From assembly GCF_902713615.1 (NCBI RefSeq), contig NC_052169.1:6412285-6476284 (forward strand): a DNA stretch of 64,000 nucleotides, given 5' to 3'. The notes under the pieces were generated by a model. It made no database searches and had not been told where the DNA came from. It saw only the letters and a list, made by a program, of their open reading frames with translations. Source of the DNA: Scyliorhinus canicula (Eukaryota). Below are positions 12,682 through 25,093 of the stretch, one piece after another (within the stretch, counting starts at the first letter, position 1; each line of letters opens with the position of its first letter). Position numbers and translations under genes: made by a program.

Positions 12682-13185
12682 AAGTATTGTTCTGCGTACA
12701 ATCCAGAAAGATTGTTCCATACATGAAAAAAAAAATAGGGCATACTTAAACACACAATGTAAATACAAAGAGACAGGCATTGAGTTGGCATACAGGAGTT
12801 TGGTACTACTCAGTAGAGAAGATGTTGAAAGAGATCAGATCAGTCCATAAGAGGGCCATTCAGGTCTGGTAACAGCGGGGAAGAAGCTGTTTTTGAATCT
12901 ATTAGTGTGTGTTCTCAGACTTTTGTATCTCCTGCCCGATGGAAGAAGTTGGAAGAGGGAATAACCCAGGTGGGAGGGGTCTTTGATTATACTGCCTGCT
13001 TTCCCAAGGCAGTGGGAGGTGTAGATAGAGTCAATGGATGGGAGGCAGATTTGCGTGATGGACTGGGCTGTGTTCACGATTCTCTGAAGTTTCTTACGGT
13101 CTTGGGCCCAGCAATTGCCATATCAGGCTGTGATGCAGCCAGATAGGATGCTTTCTATGGTGCATCTGTAAAAGTTGGTTCGAGT

Positions 13186-13530
13186 CATAGAATTCATAGA
13201 ATTTACAGTGCAGGAGGCCATTCGAGTCTGCACTAGCTCTTGGAAAGAGCACCCTTCCCCAAGCCCACAACCCCACCCTATCCCCATAACCCAGTAACCC
13301 CACCCAACACTAAGAGCAATTTTAGACAATAAGGGCAATTTATCATGGCCAATCCACCTAACCTGCACATCTTTGGATTGCGGGAGGAAACCGGAGCACC
13401 CGGAGGAAACCCACGCACACACGGGGAGAACATGCAGACTCCGCACAGACAGTGACCCAAGCCGGGAATCAAACCTGGGACCCTGGAGCTGTGAAGCAAT
13501 TGTGCTAACCACAATGCTACCGTGCTGCCC
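13186..13530 (-). mobile_element. HE1/V-SINE
   Basis: Full tRNA head, V core and ctatgaattctatg tail. Confidence 0.85.
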
Positions 13531-14024
13531 AACGTGCTGAGTCAATGTGGACATGCCAAATTACCTTAGTTTCCTGAGGAAGTATAGGTGCTGTTGTGCT
13601 TTCTTGGTTGTAGCGCCGATGTGGGTGGACCAGGACAGATAGTTGGTGGACCAGGACAGATAGTTGGTGGTGTGCACACCTAGGAATTTGAAGCTGTCAA
13701 CCATCTCAATTTCGGCACCATTGATACAGACAGGGGTGTGTACGATATTACACTTCCTGAAGTCAATGACCAGCCCTTTAGTTTTGCTGACATTGAGGGA
13801 GAGATTGTTGTCGTTACACCACTCCACCAGGTTCTCTATCTCTCTCCTGTACCCTGACTCATCGTTTTTACAAAGCACTTCTTTATACTTCATGAGGTCA
13901 TGTGATGCAGTGGATAGTGTCTCTGAGTCACAAGTTCAGACCCCAGGACTTAATGATAAAAGAGGATGCATTTATAATGTCGCCAGACAGATTGATTATT
14001 AATCTTTAAAGCCTTTAAACACAG

Positions 14025-14325
14025 AGGGTTCAGTGGTTAGCATTGCTACCTCACAGCACCAGGGACCAGGGTTCAATTCTGACCTTGGGTAACTGTGTGT
14101 GGTGTTTGCCCATTCTCTGCTTGGGTTTCCTCCGGGTCCCTCCCAAAGTCCAAAGATGGTTAGGTGGATTGGCTATGCTAAACTGCCCCTTAGTATCCAA
14201 AAAGGTTAGGTAGGATTACGGGGAAGGGTGCAGGCGTGGAAGCTTAAGTAGGGTGCTCTTTACATGGGCCAGTGCAGACTTGATTGGCCAAATGGCCTCC
14301 TTCTGCACTGTAGGGAGTCTATGAA
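14025..14325 (+). mobile_element. HE1/V-SINE (decayed)
   Basis: A/B boxes, V core, ggcctccttctgcactgta tail. Confidence 0.75.
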
Positions 14326-14374
14326 TAATGCATTACTTTTTTTTTCCATTTTTAATCTTTTCGTTGCTGGTAAC

Positions 14375-14545
14375 GAAATGAAATGAAAATGGCTTATTGT
14401 CACGAGTAGGCTTCAATGAAGTTACTGTGAAAAGCCCCTAGTCGCCACATTCCGGCGCCTGGTACGGGAATTGAACCGTGCTGCTGGCCTGCCTTGGTCT
14501 GCTTTAAAAGCCAGCGATTTAGCCCAGTGTGCTAACCCAGCCCCT
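14375..14545 (-). mobile_element. ggggctggtttagc-family SINE
   Basis: Similar to the 11895 and 18830 copies. Confidence 0.8.
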
Positions 14546-14599
14546 ACCTACTCTAATGAGAACTGTTCAAAGAAAATGACAAAATAATATTATCTTTTT

Positions 14600-14822
14600 A
14601 AAAAAAAAATTTAGATTACCCAATTATTTTTTCCGATTAAGGGGCAATTTAACGTGGCCAATCCACCTACTCTGCACATTTTTGGGTTGTGGGGGCGAAA
14701 CCCACGCAGGCACGGGGAGAATGTGCAAACTCCACACGGACAGTGACCCAGAGTCAGGATCGAACCTGGGACCTCAGCGCCGTGAGGCGGTTGTGCTAAC
14801 CACTAGGCCACCGTGCTGCCCG
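14600..14822 (-). mobile_element. Short SINE with TSD
   Basis: TSD tattatcttttt. Confidence 0.85.
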
Positions 14823-15216
14823 TATTATCTTTTTTAATGACCCGATGATATTTCTCCAGGGTTGAACAGAGCAGTGTCTTGGAGACTGATTTTCAATTCC
14901 TGGAGACTCCAGGCCAATGGCAACCTTCAATTGTGTTAGCATTACAGAGGCAACAAAGATAGCCCACTTGAACTCAACACGACCACCATAGTGTCCAAGA
15001 ATACTGAACAGGGATACCAATTTGGGAGAGACATTTCAATGTTGCTGTGGTTCAATGAGATGAAAGAACAGAAGAACTTAGGAAATAGATGTAGGAGACC
15101 TGCTCGCCATGAAGCAAGATCGTGGCTGATTAGATACTCTGCTTCCCTCAACCATCTCCCTTAAACTGGTAGTCCCCAAAACACTGTCCATCTCTGACTT
15201 GAATACACTGGAATTT

Positions 15217-16137
15217 ATTTTTGCAAAAATATACTTTATTTGTAAAAGATCTGAAAGAACATTACAAATATTTCAAAGTGGCCATCACACAAAGTCCAAT
15301 AATATTCAGGTTCTCGGGCAGCACGGTGGCGCACTGGTTAGCATTGCTACCTCAAGGCACTGAGGTCCCAGATTCGATCCCAGCTTTGGGTCAATGTCCG
15401 TGTGGAGTTTGCACATTCTCCCCGTGTTTGCGTGGGTCTCACCCCTACAACCCAAAGATGTGCAGGGTAGGTGGATTGGCCACGCTTAATTGCCCCTTAA
15501 TTGGAAAAAATGAATTGGGTGCTCTAAATTTATTTTAAAAATATTCGGGTTCAAAACATTGATCATGTTGCACTCCGAGTTGCCTCAATACAGTCAAAGA
15601 ATACAGAAATTTCAAAATGTTTATTTCAAATGGTGCAAAAATATTTTTGTTGTCTACATAGATCAAGTTGCTCTTTGAAGTTGCTTCCATGCAATTGTGA
15701 AAAGTAACATTCACTGTGTACATTCAATGTGAGTCATATGGCCGGAGGGGGTTCGGCACAATTCCTAGCCCCCCAGTTTGCTATGGCTGACAGGTCTCAT
15801 TCAACGACCTTTCCCCATTGCATCTCTGCAGCAACTGCCCTAAGCTTTTGTGCTTCCCTCAGCACATAATCCTGGGCTTTGGAATGCGTCAAGTCTGCAA
15901 CACTCCATCGGGGACAATGTTTTGCGCTGGCAGATCAACAAGTCTAGGTCAGAGCAAAGAGCCTCTTTCACCTAGTTGATGACCCTCCAGCAACAGCAGA
16001 TGTTTGTCTACGAGTGCGTCCCTGGGAACAGCCCGTAGAGCACAGAGTCCCTTGTCACAGAGCTGCTCGGGATGAACCTCGACAAAAACCATCCAACCTC
16101 TCTCCAGATCTTCTTTGCAAAGGCACATTCCGCAACT
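15217..16137 (-). mobile_element. Tx1-clade LINE 3' fragment (SINE inserted at 15317-15537)
   Basis: Minus-strand translation ECAFAKKIWREVGWFLSRFIPSSSVTRDSVLYGLFPGTH; aataaa tail near 15236. Confidence 0.7.
15317..15537 (+). mobile_element. Short SINE with TSD
   Basis: TSD aatattc(a/g)ggttc. Confidence 0.85.
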
Positions 16138-16419
16138 GGGATTCGCTACACCAAGGAATGCTCACATTCATAACTCTTTGATTTTTAATTTTTTTTTTAA
16201 CAGGACCCAATTTTTTTTTCCAATTAAGGGGCAATTTAGCGTGGCTTATCCACCTAATCATCACATCTTTGGGTTACGGGGTGAGACCCACACAAACACA
16301 GGGAGGGGGGGTTCTGTAATTTGGCTTGGTATTCTCTTTTACAATTTTTACTATTTTTGTACTTTATAAACTGAAAAAGGTTAATAAAAATATTTGTTTA
16401 AATCTATAAATGCCCAAGT

Positions 16420-16695
16420 CAGTGGTGTGTGGTTTGGAGGGGAACTTGCAGGTACTGGCGTTCCCATGCATCTGAGGTCCTTGGTCTTGCAAATGGCAGA
16501 GGTTGCAGGTTTGGTCGTGGCTGTCAAAGGATCCTAGGTAGGTTTCTGCAGTGCATCGTACTGTATGTAGACGGTACACACTGCTGTCACGCCACCGGCA
16601 GGGAAGGGAGCGAATGTGCAGACGGGCTGCTTTGTTTTCAATGGCATTAAGCTTCTTGAGTATTGTTGGAACTGCCCTCAATGAGGCAAGTGGAG
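16420..16695 (-). mobile_element. CR1 LINE fragment
   Basis: PTILKKLNAIENKAARL remnant; same 3' region as the 6050 and 53200 copies. Confidence 0.55.
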
Positions 16696-17079
16696 ATTCA
16701 GTGATGTAATGCAGGGTTTATACAGAGGGATAAGTCCCACGTTTAACTAATCTGTATGTTAAGCACAACGAGTAACACCTCCATTGAGTGGACGCTGAAT
16801 CCAATTTAAATTAGAAACTCCATTCCATTGATCTGTCTTGACCAAAAATGACTTAATTCATTTGTTCTTTTAGAATTCCTGCATCTCGTTTCAAACTAAG
16901 CTTTGGTTAAAATCCTATATATCTTACCCAGTTTATATCATATGCAGTTTTGAAAGTGCACAAATTGAAGGTTTGTGTAAGGCAAGAAAAAAAAGTCATT
17001 CTTTTCTGCTTTCCTATCTTATCTGTGACGAGATAACAATCAGCTACCAGCGAACAATCAATTGCAGCAACAAAAATAT

Positions 17080-17963
17080 GGTGCTATGTCTTTTCGTCCG
17101 ACGTCATTTCGTCCAACGACACTTCGTCCACGTCTTTTGGTCCAACGTCTTTTTGTCCGCCCGTCTTTTGGTCCAACGTCACTTCGTCCAATTATCCAAT
17201 TACAAATAGTTTAATTTAGTTTTTCAATGTTACTGCTCAAGGATCCTCTCCACCTATTTCGCCTCTTGAAGTTGAGTTCTGCATTTGTGCTGCTTGATCT
17301 CCAGACATTATTAAGATAAGCTGCAGGATATTCACCCATGTATGCTCCAGCGTGATGAGAGCCATTGTATCTGATGGAATATTTGATCATTTCAGACCTG
17401 TAATGTCAGAACCCACTGCCAACCAGAGGTTTTAATCACTCGACGAAAATCGAGTTTAAACCTGCTTCTTTCAGAACTGCACTCATTGTCTAAATCCAAT
17501 TAGACTCCCACTTATATTTGTGTCTGTCGGAATTGTAGAATATCAAATCATCTTGTCCTCTCCCCATTATTCTCTCTCGGGTACAGTTCTGGAAATCTAA
17601 CTTTTAGGGAATTTCGGGAATTTACAATTTACATCAATTTTAAGTAATTTCGGGAATGTTAAGTAATTAGTAAACTTTTAGATTTTTTAACTGCATTTTT
17701 AGATTTTTTAACTTTTTAACTGCATTTTTCAACTTGCATTTTACTTGCATTTTATCAATTACTTGCATTTTAGCAATTAAATTCACTTGCTGTATTGTAC
17801 TTGCATTTTATCAATTAAATGGTTTTATACGGAGTTAATTTGTAATTGGATAATTGGACGAAGTGACGTTGGACCAAAAGACGGGCGGACAAAGACGTTG
17901 GACCAAAAGACGCGGACGAAGTGTCGTTGGACGAAGTGACATCGGACGAAAAGACGCGACACG
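17080..17963. mobile_element. Non-autonomous foldback-type Mutator (MULE/Phantom-like) DNA transposon
   Basis: About 128-bp TIRs (17080-17207, 17838-17963) each built of about 7 units of a 15-bp repeat (cgtcttttcgtccaa); 9-bp TSD caaaaatat (17071-17079, 17964-17972). Confidence 0.85.
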
Positions 17964-18314
17964 CAAAAATATAGCTAATTAACCTCCTGGCCTAATTAGA
18001 TCACTTTCCCCAGTGGGTTTACTGGAGAGAAGTGGCCTTAAAGAGTTAACCAATGTTAACAGCTAAACATTACATCTATGCTCCAGAGTTCAGACGACCC
18101 ATAGGCAACACCATGGCTGATCACCCAGAGACGGCATGAATTACAAGGATAAATAATTACGCCCATCTTGCCTGCATATTCCACTAGACGCCTCCAGTTC
18201 ATCTTGCTCAAAATATTTAAACCAGGATATTCTGCTTTATCACTTGCCAGCCTGCGATGCCCGAGGACCACACCTGGCAGAAAAAAAATCAGTGCTTTCA
18301 AACTCAGAAGTGGA

Positions 18315-18701
18315 AATCACCTTTTATTTTATTCTTGAAGTTACAAAGCCAATGTGCAGAGTGGACAGGGCAAGTCCTTAATCCAGCTCACTGCTTGCTC
18401 CATAAACCAATTCAAATTGAACCTAATTCATGGTCTACAACAGTGCTTCTCAAAGTGTGGTACCGGTGCCGGTACACGAGCCAACGTCTGCCGGTACTTG
18501 GAGTGTTTCCAGAAAAGAAAGAGACAGTAATCCTGGATTGGCTTGTTTCGCTCACCGGTCCCTGGCACATTGAAAAAAAAAACTGCCGGTACGCCGCATC
18601 AGATAGTTTGAGATGCACTGGTCTACAAGACAGGTAAGCGATTGCACCTCATCTTAGGCTTGATCTGACACTTGATCTCTTTGCCAAAAAGGCTGAGAAA
18701 C
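18315..18701 (-). mobile_element. U2 snRNA-derived element (copy B), interrupted by a hAT MITE
   Basis: TTTCTCAGCCTTTTTGGCAAAGAGATCAAGTGT head plus the same non-U2 core (CAGATCA.GCC.AAG.TGAG.TGCAAT; CATGAATT.G.TTCAATTTGAATTG) as the 57-kb copy. Confidence 0.8.
18441..18620. mobile_element. hAT (Charlie-like) MITE, 180 bp
   Basis: TIRs cagtgcttctcaaa / tttgagatgcactg; 8-bp TSD gtctacaa (18433-18440, 18621-18628). Confidence 0.9.
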
Positions 18702-18829
18702 TGGAAAAGTGGCACAGACGTGGGAATCACCAGCTTTTCTTACCCCTCTGTCCACAAAAATGTGAATCAGGAAGGCTCAAGAATGCTGTAGCAATCCACC
18801 TTCAATCACTGTTCAACCCAAAATAAGAT

Positions 18830-19012
18830 CGGGGCTGGTTTAGCACACTTGGCTAAATAGCTGGCTTTTAAAGCAGACCAAGGCAGGCCAGCAGCACAGT
18901 TCAATTCCCTTACCAGCCTCCCCGAACAGGTGCCGGAATGTGGCAACTAGGGGCTTTTCACAGTAACTTAATTGAAGCCTACTTGTGACAATAAGCGATT
19001 TTCATTTCATTT
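18830..19012 (+). mobile_element. ggggctggtttagc-family SINE
   Basis: Full head and gtgacaataagcgattttcatttcattt tail. Confidence 0.85.
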
Positions 19013-19374
19013 AATTTGCCAAAACCCTTTTTATATATTTTCCATGGGTTGGTCATGACCAGTTTTGGACAGTGATTCCTTTTCCATGTTTAATGATTGG
19101 CAGCCGGGAGGAAACATAATTGAGGAGATGAACAACACGACTCATTGGCATTGATCTGCTAATCAGCTCCTTCCAATTTGCTGCTCAGGCCTGTGGCTCT
19201 CAATACCCACCAGTCCTTTCTCTTTCAGTCTCCTTCCCTCAGTCCCCACTCAAAACATTCTCGGCACATCAGGTGGGGAGACCAAGAAGCTAATTATATA
19301 TTTGTTTGAGTGCCCTGGAAAGTACACATCGGCTCCTGATCAGGCATGTTATTAGCCACATTCCACTCTAACAA

Positions 19375-19548
19375 AGCACACTGGGCTAAAGAGCTGGCTT
19401 TTAAAGCAGACCAAGGCAGGCCAGCAGCACGGTTCAATTCCCGTACCAGCCTCCCCGAACAGGCACCGGAATGTGGCGACTAGGGGCTTTTCACAGTAAC
19501 TTCATTTGAAGCCTACTTGTGACAATAAGCGATTTTCATTTCATTTCA
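19375..19548 (+). mobile_element. ggggctggtttagc-family SINE
   Basis: Close similarity to the 18830 copy. Confidence 0.8.
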
Positions 19549-19704
19549 ATAGGCTTTCCATGTCATGTACACCTTTTAAAAAATAAATTCATAGTACCCC
19601 ATTATTCTTTTCCCAATTCAGGGGCAGTTTAGCCCAATCCACATACCTTGCACATCTTTGGGTTGTGGGGGTGAGGCCCACGTCATGCACATTCACATGA
19701 TCAG

Positions 19705-20779
19705 CGTTACAACATCCTGGGGAAGCGTGCGGTGAATTCCAGCCCCACTCATCCCAGAGTCACAACACAAGTGAATTAACCAATAATTCATAATAGAAAT
19801 ACCCAAAGTCTTTGGCCCTTGATTTCCCAATAATTACAGTCACCAGGTCTGTATGTTTAAACACAATTACTATTTATACCAAGACGTATCATGAAATATA
19901 CAACTGGATAACAATCTAATACCTACTACCCCCTTTAACTGTTGCACCCTCTAGGGACAGAAATAAGACGGACAAACACAGAGGGGTTGAAAAGGGGTGA
20001 AAAAAAATGAAGGTCAAAGGATAAGAATCTTTGCTTCAAATGGTGGTTCTTTACCATGCTTTGCTCACAGCACGCTTGCTTATGAATCTCTGGTTTATAG
20101 CGGGTAATGGTCTTCTTTGCAGAGTCATTCATTCAAGGCCCCCACTGGTTAGATAATTCAGTACTTACGAGCATCAAGCTTTCTGGTAAGACACTAGTTC
20201 TGATCAAACTCGGCCTTCAGCTCGCGGTTCACATTCAGGCCTATACCTTTCTGGAGTGACACTATTTCACAACAAACCTGTCTTCCACCGCGTGGTTTGA
20301 TTTCAGACCTCTGCCGTCTCAAGAGAACAGCACCCAGACTTGCTGGAGTCATCCCTCACAGTGGCCTTTTGAAGAGAATTAGTTGGTTCTTTTTTGGAGA
20401 GAGTTAGTTAGACCCCTTCATTAGGTTGCCAGAATCAAACTGGAACCCCACGAAAATATTCCAGTGGGATCAGATTGAATCAGCACCTATTACCAGGCAG
20501 AGCACAGCTTTTTGGGCCAATTCATTTGTCATCAGCCAATCTCTGCCATTGGTGCCAGACAATCCACAGCTCTGGTTTGAACCAGCACAGACTAACAGTG
20601 GTCTCTCCTGCTGCTGAAATCCTCTGCTTGAATTAAAGGCACATGCCATTGCTTTCTTCTGCTTGAATTAAAGATGGAGGCTGCCTTAGACACATGTCCA
20701 TTAATCATCCATGAATCAAAATTGTAACGCTAAAAACAAAACGGAAATAGACAGGGAATAAACAGGAAGGACTCTTACA
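19705..20779. mobile_element. Probable long solo LTR (about 1.07 kb)
   Basis: (c)GTTACA...CTTACA ends, non-coding; no clean TSD found. Confidence 0.4.
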
Positions 20780-21310
20780 CCTATCAATGCTCCCTTCACA
20801 TAAGGAATAATCCCTAGCTACACCCATCATGTATCCATGCATCCAGTCCTTTCCAAATGCATTAATTGGCAGTGTTAACCATGTTAGTTGAGCTCCCGTT
20901 CCATATCTGTACTCCTTTGTGAGGTACAGGAGATTGTACTAGTCTCATGTTGCTTGAAGCTTCAGAATTTTGCATTCAAAGGTTTTGCGCTGTGAAAACA
21001 AGTTGTGATCCCTCTTAATTCTGAGAACAAAGAACTAAGAACCATCCTTACTGTTCGGCTCTGAACTCTCATGATCAAAGTCTTTATTAAAAGCAGTGGC
21101 CAAAACATTAAAATGCATCCTTGCCAACAATTTCAATGACATCCATTGTCTTATTAGTCTACTGATAATTTTGGGTTGGGCAATAATCATACTTTTCTTC
21201 TTTATTAATGGGAGCATCAATCATTGCAGATATATGTATTTCTCCAATGTGCATATTTATTATACACTGAAACTTAGCAGTCTTTTTTAGTCAAGATCTG
21301 CTCTATGATT

Positions 21311-21520
21311 TTTACAAAATTTTGAGTACCCAATTTCATTTTTTTCCAATAAAGGGGCAATTTAGCGTGGCCAATCCACCTATCCTGCACATCTTTGGGT
21401 TGCGGGGGTGAGTCCAAGCAGACACAGGGAGAACGTGCAAACTCCACATGGACAGTGACCCGGGGCCAGGATGGAACCCGGATCCTCGGCACAGTGAGGC
21501 AGTAGTGCTAACCACTGTCC
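21311..21520 (-). mobile_element. Short SINE with TSD
   Basis: TSD atctgctctatgatt. Confidence 0.85.
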
Positions 21521-21714
21521 TTGACATCTGCTCTATGATTAGAGAAAAAAAAACAAGGAAGAAATGAAAGAGATGCTGGAAATCAGAAATTTACACAATG
21601 TTCTTGGATGTGTAATTCAGGAAAAGACAGGGTAATCCTTTGGATGTGTTTCTTTATCACAAAGGAAATGGCAACGCATGGTGTGTGAAGAAAGAAAAAC
21701 AATAAAGACAACTA

Positions 21715-24700
21715 ATTTAAACATCAAGTTTTTAATTGAACTTTCAGCAAGTTTAATCTCAAAACCAAGGGCTTAGTGGTTTAAGTGAAAATCAGGTTGT
21801 CATCACCTTAGTTACAAGTTGGAACAGTGTACCACCCATCATAAAATAGAAGGCTCAATAGCAACAACGTAAACCAATATGTACAACATTGCAAAGGAAA
21901 CATCTCCTTAACTTTATAATGACATGAACTGGAAGAGAACTTTGAGGTATTAATTGCTTCAAAGATCACATTAAATTATAACTTAAAACAAACAAGATGC
22001 TGTTATGAAAAATTGACATTCGCAGTTGAATGAAAATATTCACTTTGAACTGTGACCTGTCTTTTCTCAGTGTTCTACAGCCTCCCCCCCCCCCCCCCCC
22101 CCCCCCCCCCCAAACAAGTGCAGAATGGCAATAAAGCAGCATTGACCTTTCCTGTATCTGTAAAACATCAAATGTCCCACATAGGTTCAACACCTTAGTT
22201 TAGCAGTAGGTCTAACTGAATCCTTCTGCTGGCTGAGCCTTCTGTACGAGTCCATTTTAACTGCAGTGGTGGCCACTATAAAAGGGTGTGATTGGGATAT
22301 TTAAGAAAAAAAAACCCTAAGAATGAATGTTACCTTCTTAGAAGTCACCTTGATCAAAGTGGAAACTATGGAAGATTGAAAAAGAAATTGCAAATACCAG
22401 AAATCTAAAAGGACACAAGGAGCACACATCAGACCAACCACTATAAAAACACAAAAGGACCTCCGTCTGAAATATTAAATAGACTACAGTATAACAACAT
22501 TTTCCATTTTTTAAATTACAGAATAAACTATGCCAATGTGTTTATTTATAACAATTTATGCAACTGCAGTTTCCCTGAAGTGAATTAGACAGACACATTG
22601 ACAGAAATTAAAGTCCATCAGGTGTGGAGAATCCAATTCTAATACTTTGAAGATTTCATATACAAAGGCAGCTGAGGAAAATGAATTGAGGCTTTAAAAG
22701 TGACATTAAATCAATAACAGATTGGTACAGATTTATTCCATAAATGTTGAACTACAAAAGAGAAAGTGGTGTACATTTTAATGCATTGTGCTCTGCACGG
22801 GCAGAGGACAGCAACTATGGTTTCCAAGTCCTATTGGTTTGAACACCTGCTGGTTTCATGTGCACTAAAGGTCTAAACATTGGTAAGAAACGAGATAAAC
22901 TAGCTAATTCAATTTTGAGGTTTATTCTCACAGACTTTGCACTGTGATGGGTTTCTATAGTTTTTAGATTTGTGAAACATTAAAATAATTTAGGTTCTAA
23001 ATAATTACACCAATAGCACGGAGTAAATTCTATTTTAAGGACGACGAAGATCAAGTGGAAGGGAGGCTGAACATCTCACCAGTAAAAACAAGCTCTGGAC
23101 TCAATAGTTCTTAATACACAGGTTATTTCCTGGACAGCAAAGTACTAACTGATTTTGCAGAAACCCAGAATGAAGTGAAGCTCCTGCCTACCAAAGGTGT
23201 AGGCAAAAAAAAAATCAGTAACATATTCCAACGGCAGACTCCAGTAGATTGCCTCAAATGTTAAATTACAAAGCAGAGTACAATCAACAACACCACTTTT
23301 TGGGAACCCCTTTTGTTGATTAACTTCAAACAACTAAATGATAGAAATGAACAACTATTTGGCATTTATATAAATGTAGTACTTATCCTTTAAACAATCT
23401 GAATGGATAGTTGCAACTAAAATAATTCACCCACAGAGAACTTAAGTCGAAGTTATTTGGCTCGAAACAAGCTTAGACTACAGTTTTAAATCTAAAAGGC
23501 AGCATATATTTCAGGGAATTTCATAAAGACTTGCTTTTTGTGAATTGTGCGCTGATCAGGGTGAGGTACATTACTGCTGGGGGCTGCAACACTTTCTAAT
23601 TCCCCCATGTCCAGTGCCAGCCTCAAGCATTACCCTGGCCAGTTTGGCAGTTACATACAGGGAGAGGCTGATTTTCCCAGCAACATACTTCAGCTTGAAA
23701 ACTAGTAGAGTACCTTCTGATGTAGTGTTGAGTTACCATTTAATTTACTACCTCTGCTAAATGAAACCCTGAATTTAAAAAAATATAATTTAGAGTACCC
23801 GATTATTATTTTTTTCCAATTAAGGGCCAATTTAGCATGGCCAATCCACTAGCCTGCATATCTTTGGGTTGTGGGGGTAAAACCCACGCAGACATGGGGA
23901 GAATGTGCAAACTCCACATGGGCAGTGACCCAGGGCCGGGATTCTAACCAGAGTCCTCAGCGCTGTAGGCAGCAGTGCTAACCACTGTGCCACATGCTGC
24001 CATTGAAATCCTGAATTTAGTGACAAATCTGAGAGTTCAAAAAAATCCATATTAGTAAATGTAACTTATGGGGAAAGTTTTCAGTTATAAAGGGAGTTTC
24101 CACAAATTTATGTCACAGGATTATTATAAATTCATGTATTAAAATGCATACACGATGAAGTTAGAAAGAGCACAGGAAATCATCCCTCTGATCTCGCAGT
24201 GCTTTAAAACTGAAAAATAATCAGCAGAGGGAAGGTCCAATACTTAGAATATATCTCTAAAATTTACTCTATTGTCTTACGGTACTAAAAAAAAACACAA
24301 CTGATAATAGGTCCACTTCTCTTTGGTATATAAAATTGAGGAGGCCGAGCTAGAATGAGAAAAGAGAAATTGAAAATAATTTTTGTCACAAGAGGGTAGT
24401 ATGTGACGGGGACTCATTTGTTTAAAAAAGGTGACAGCGGCAGAAACCCTTATCACATCTGAAAATTACTTAAATACGCACTTTTAGTGTTGTAACCTAC
24501 AAGGCTAGGTATCAAGAGCTGAGAAGTGGGAGAAGTTATTTTTTCAGCTGGCACAATCATGGCTCTAATGGCCTCCTTCGGTGCCATAAATTTTCTACGA
24601 TTATATTGATTGTAAAAACTGGTACAAACATGTGTACAATTCTATATTCGCCTCAAGAATTCTGTGAAGCAATGTAATAACCTAGGGAATTCTCAGTCAT

Positions 24701-24940
24701 TTTATGACAGCATAAGACAGATAGGAGTGGACGATCTTATCGGTAAAGTAAGCAGGGAAGTAGGAATGGATAGTTTTATAACAGTAAATCCTACTGTTAA
24801 AATCTACTGGGCTGGTCATTTTTTTTCTACCAATAGGACTTGTCAGTCAGCACTTGTCCGGCCAGGGAATTTGCTCGAAAGTGATCTAAGAAGTTTAGTT
24901 GTTTATATAATCAAAACCCAACACCAGAGAACGACTGGCA
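21715..24940 (-). other. RCN2: Putative RCN2 3' UTR ending near ATTAAA signal (21731-21736)
   Basis: AT-rich unique sequence after the stop; ATTAAA followed by a GU/U-rich tract; alternative AATAAA at about 22541, 22732 and 22921. Confidence 0.45.
23785..24001 (-). mobile_element. Short SINE in the putative RCN2 3' UTR
   Basis: TSD tgaaa(c/t)cctgaattta. Confidence 0.85.
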
Positions 24941-25093
24941 TTAAAGTTCATCATGGTAGAATTTCTCGTCATGTAGTTGGCTACCATAGTCGGTTGCTTC
25001 GCTGTTGAGGAAGAGATCCTGACTCACAAGTATTTCTGCTTCTGTAAGTTTCTCATCTCCATTTGTATCAATTTCTTTGACAAGATGATCAGC
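24941..25093 (-). CDS. RCN2: RCN2 last coding exon ([50 protein letters not shown])
   Basis: ctgacag| acceptor, EF-hand, SEATDYG motif, ER-retention HDEL then TAA at 24941-24943. Confidence 0.97.
   Translation of the reverse strand, partial: ADHLVKEIDTNGDEKLTEAEILVSQDLFLNSEATDYGSQLHDEKFYHDEL

Larger units (their letters stand above)
12408..13866 (-). mobile_element. Rex1/Babar-clade LINE 3' fragment (two nested SINEs)
   Basis: NDESGYRREIENLVEWCNDNNLSLNVSKTK, FYRCTIESILSGCIT, LLPSGRRYKSLRTHTNRFKNSFFP; tail gtgacaataaac. Confidence 0.85.

Noticed and set aside
16920-16960. Candidate PSTPIP1 first exon (expected downstream by human synteny)
   Set aside because: A donor-like site exists but the translation (FKTAYDINW) does not match and no convincing exon was found
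17085-17195. CRISPR-like short repeats
   Set aside because: No spacers, vertebrate context, and the array is mirrored at 17850-17960 as a transposon TIR
17979-18049. piggyBac-like TTAA-flanked mini element
   Set aside because: Terminal repeats too short and imperfect to support
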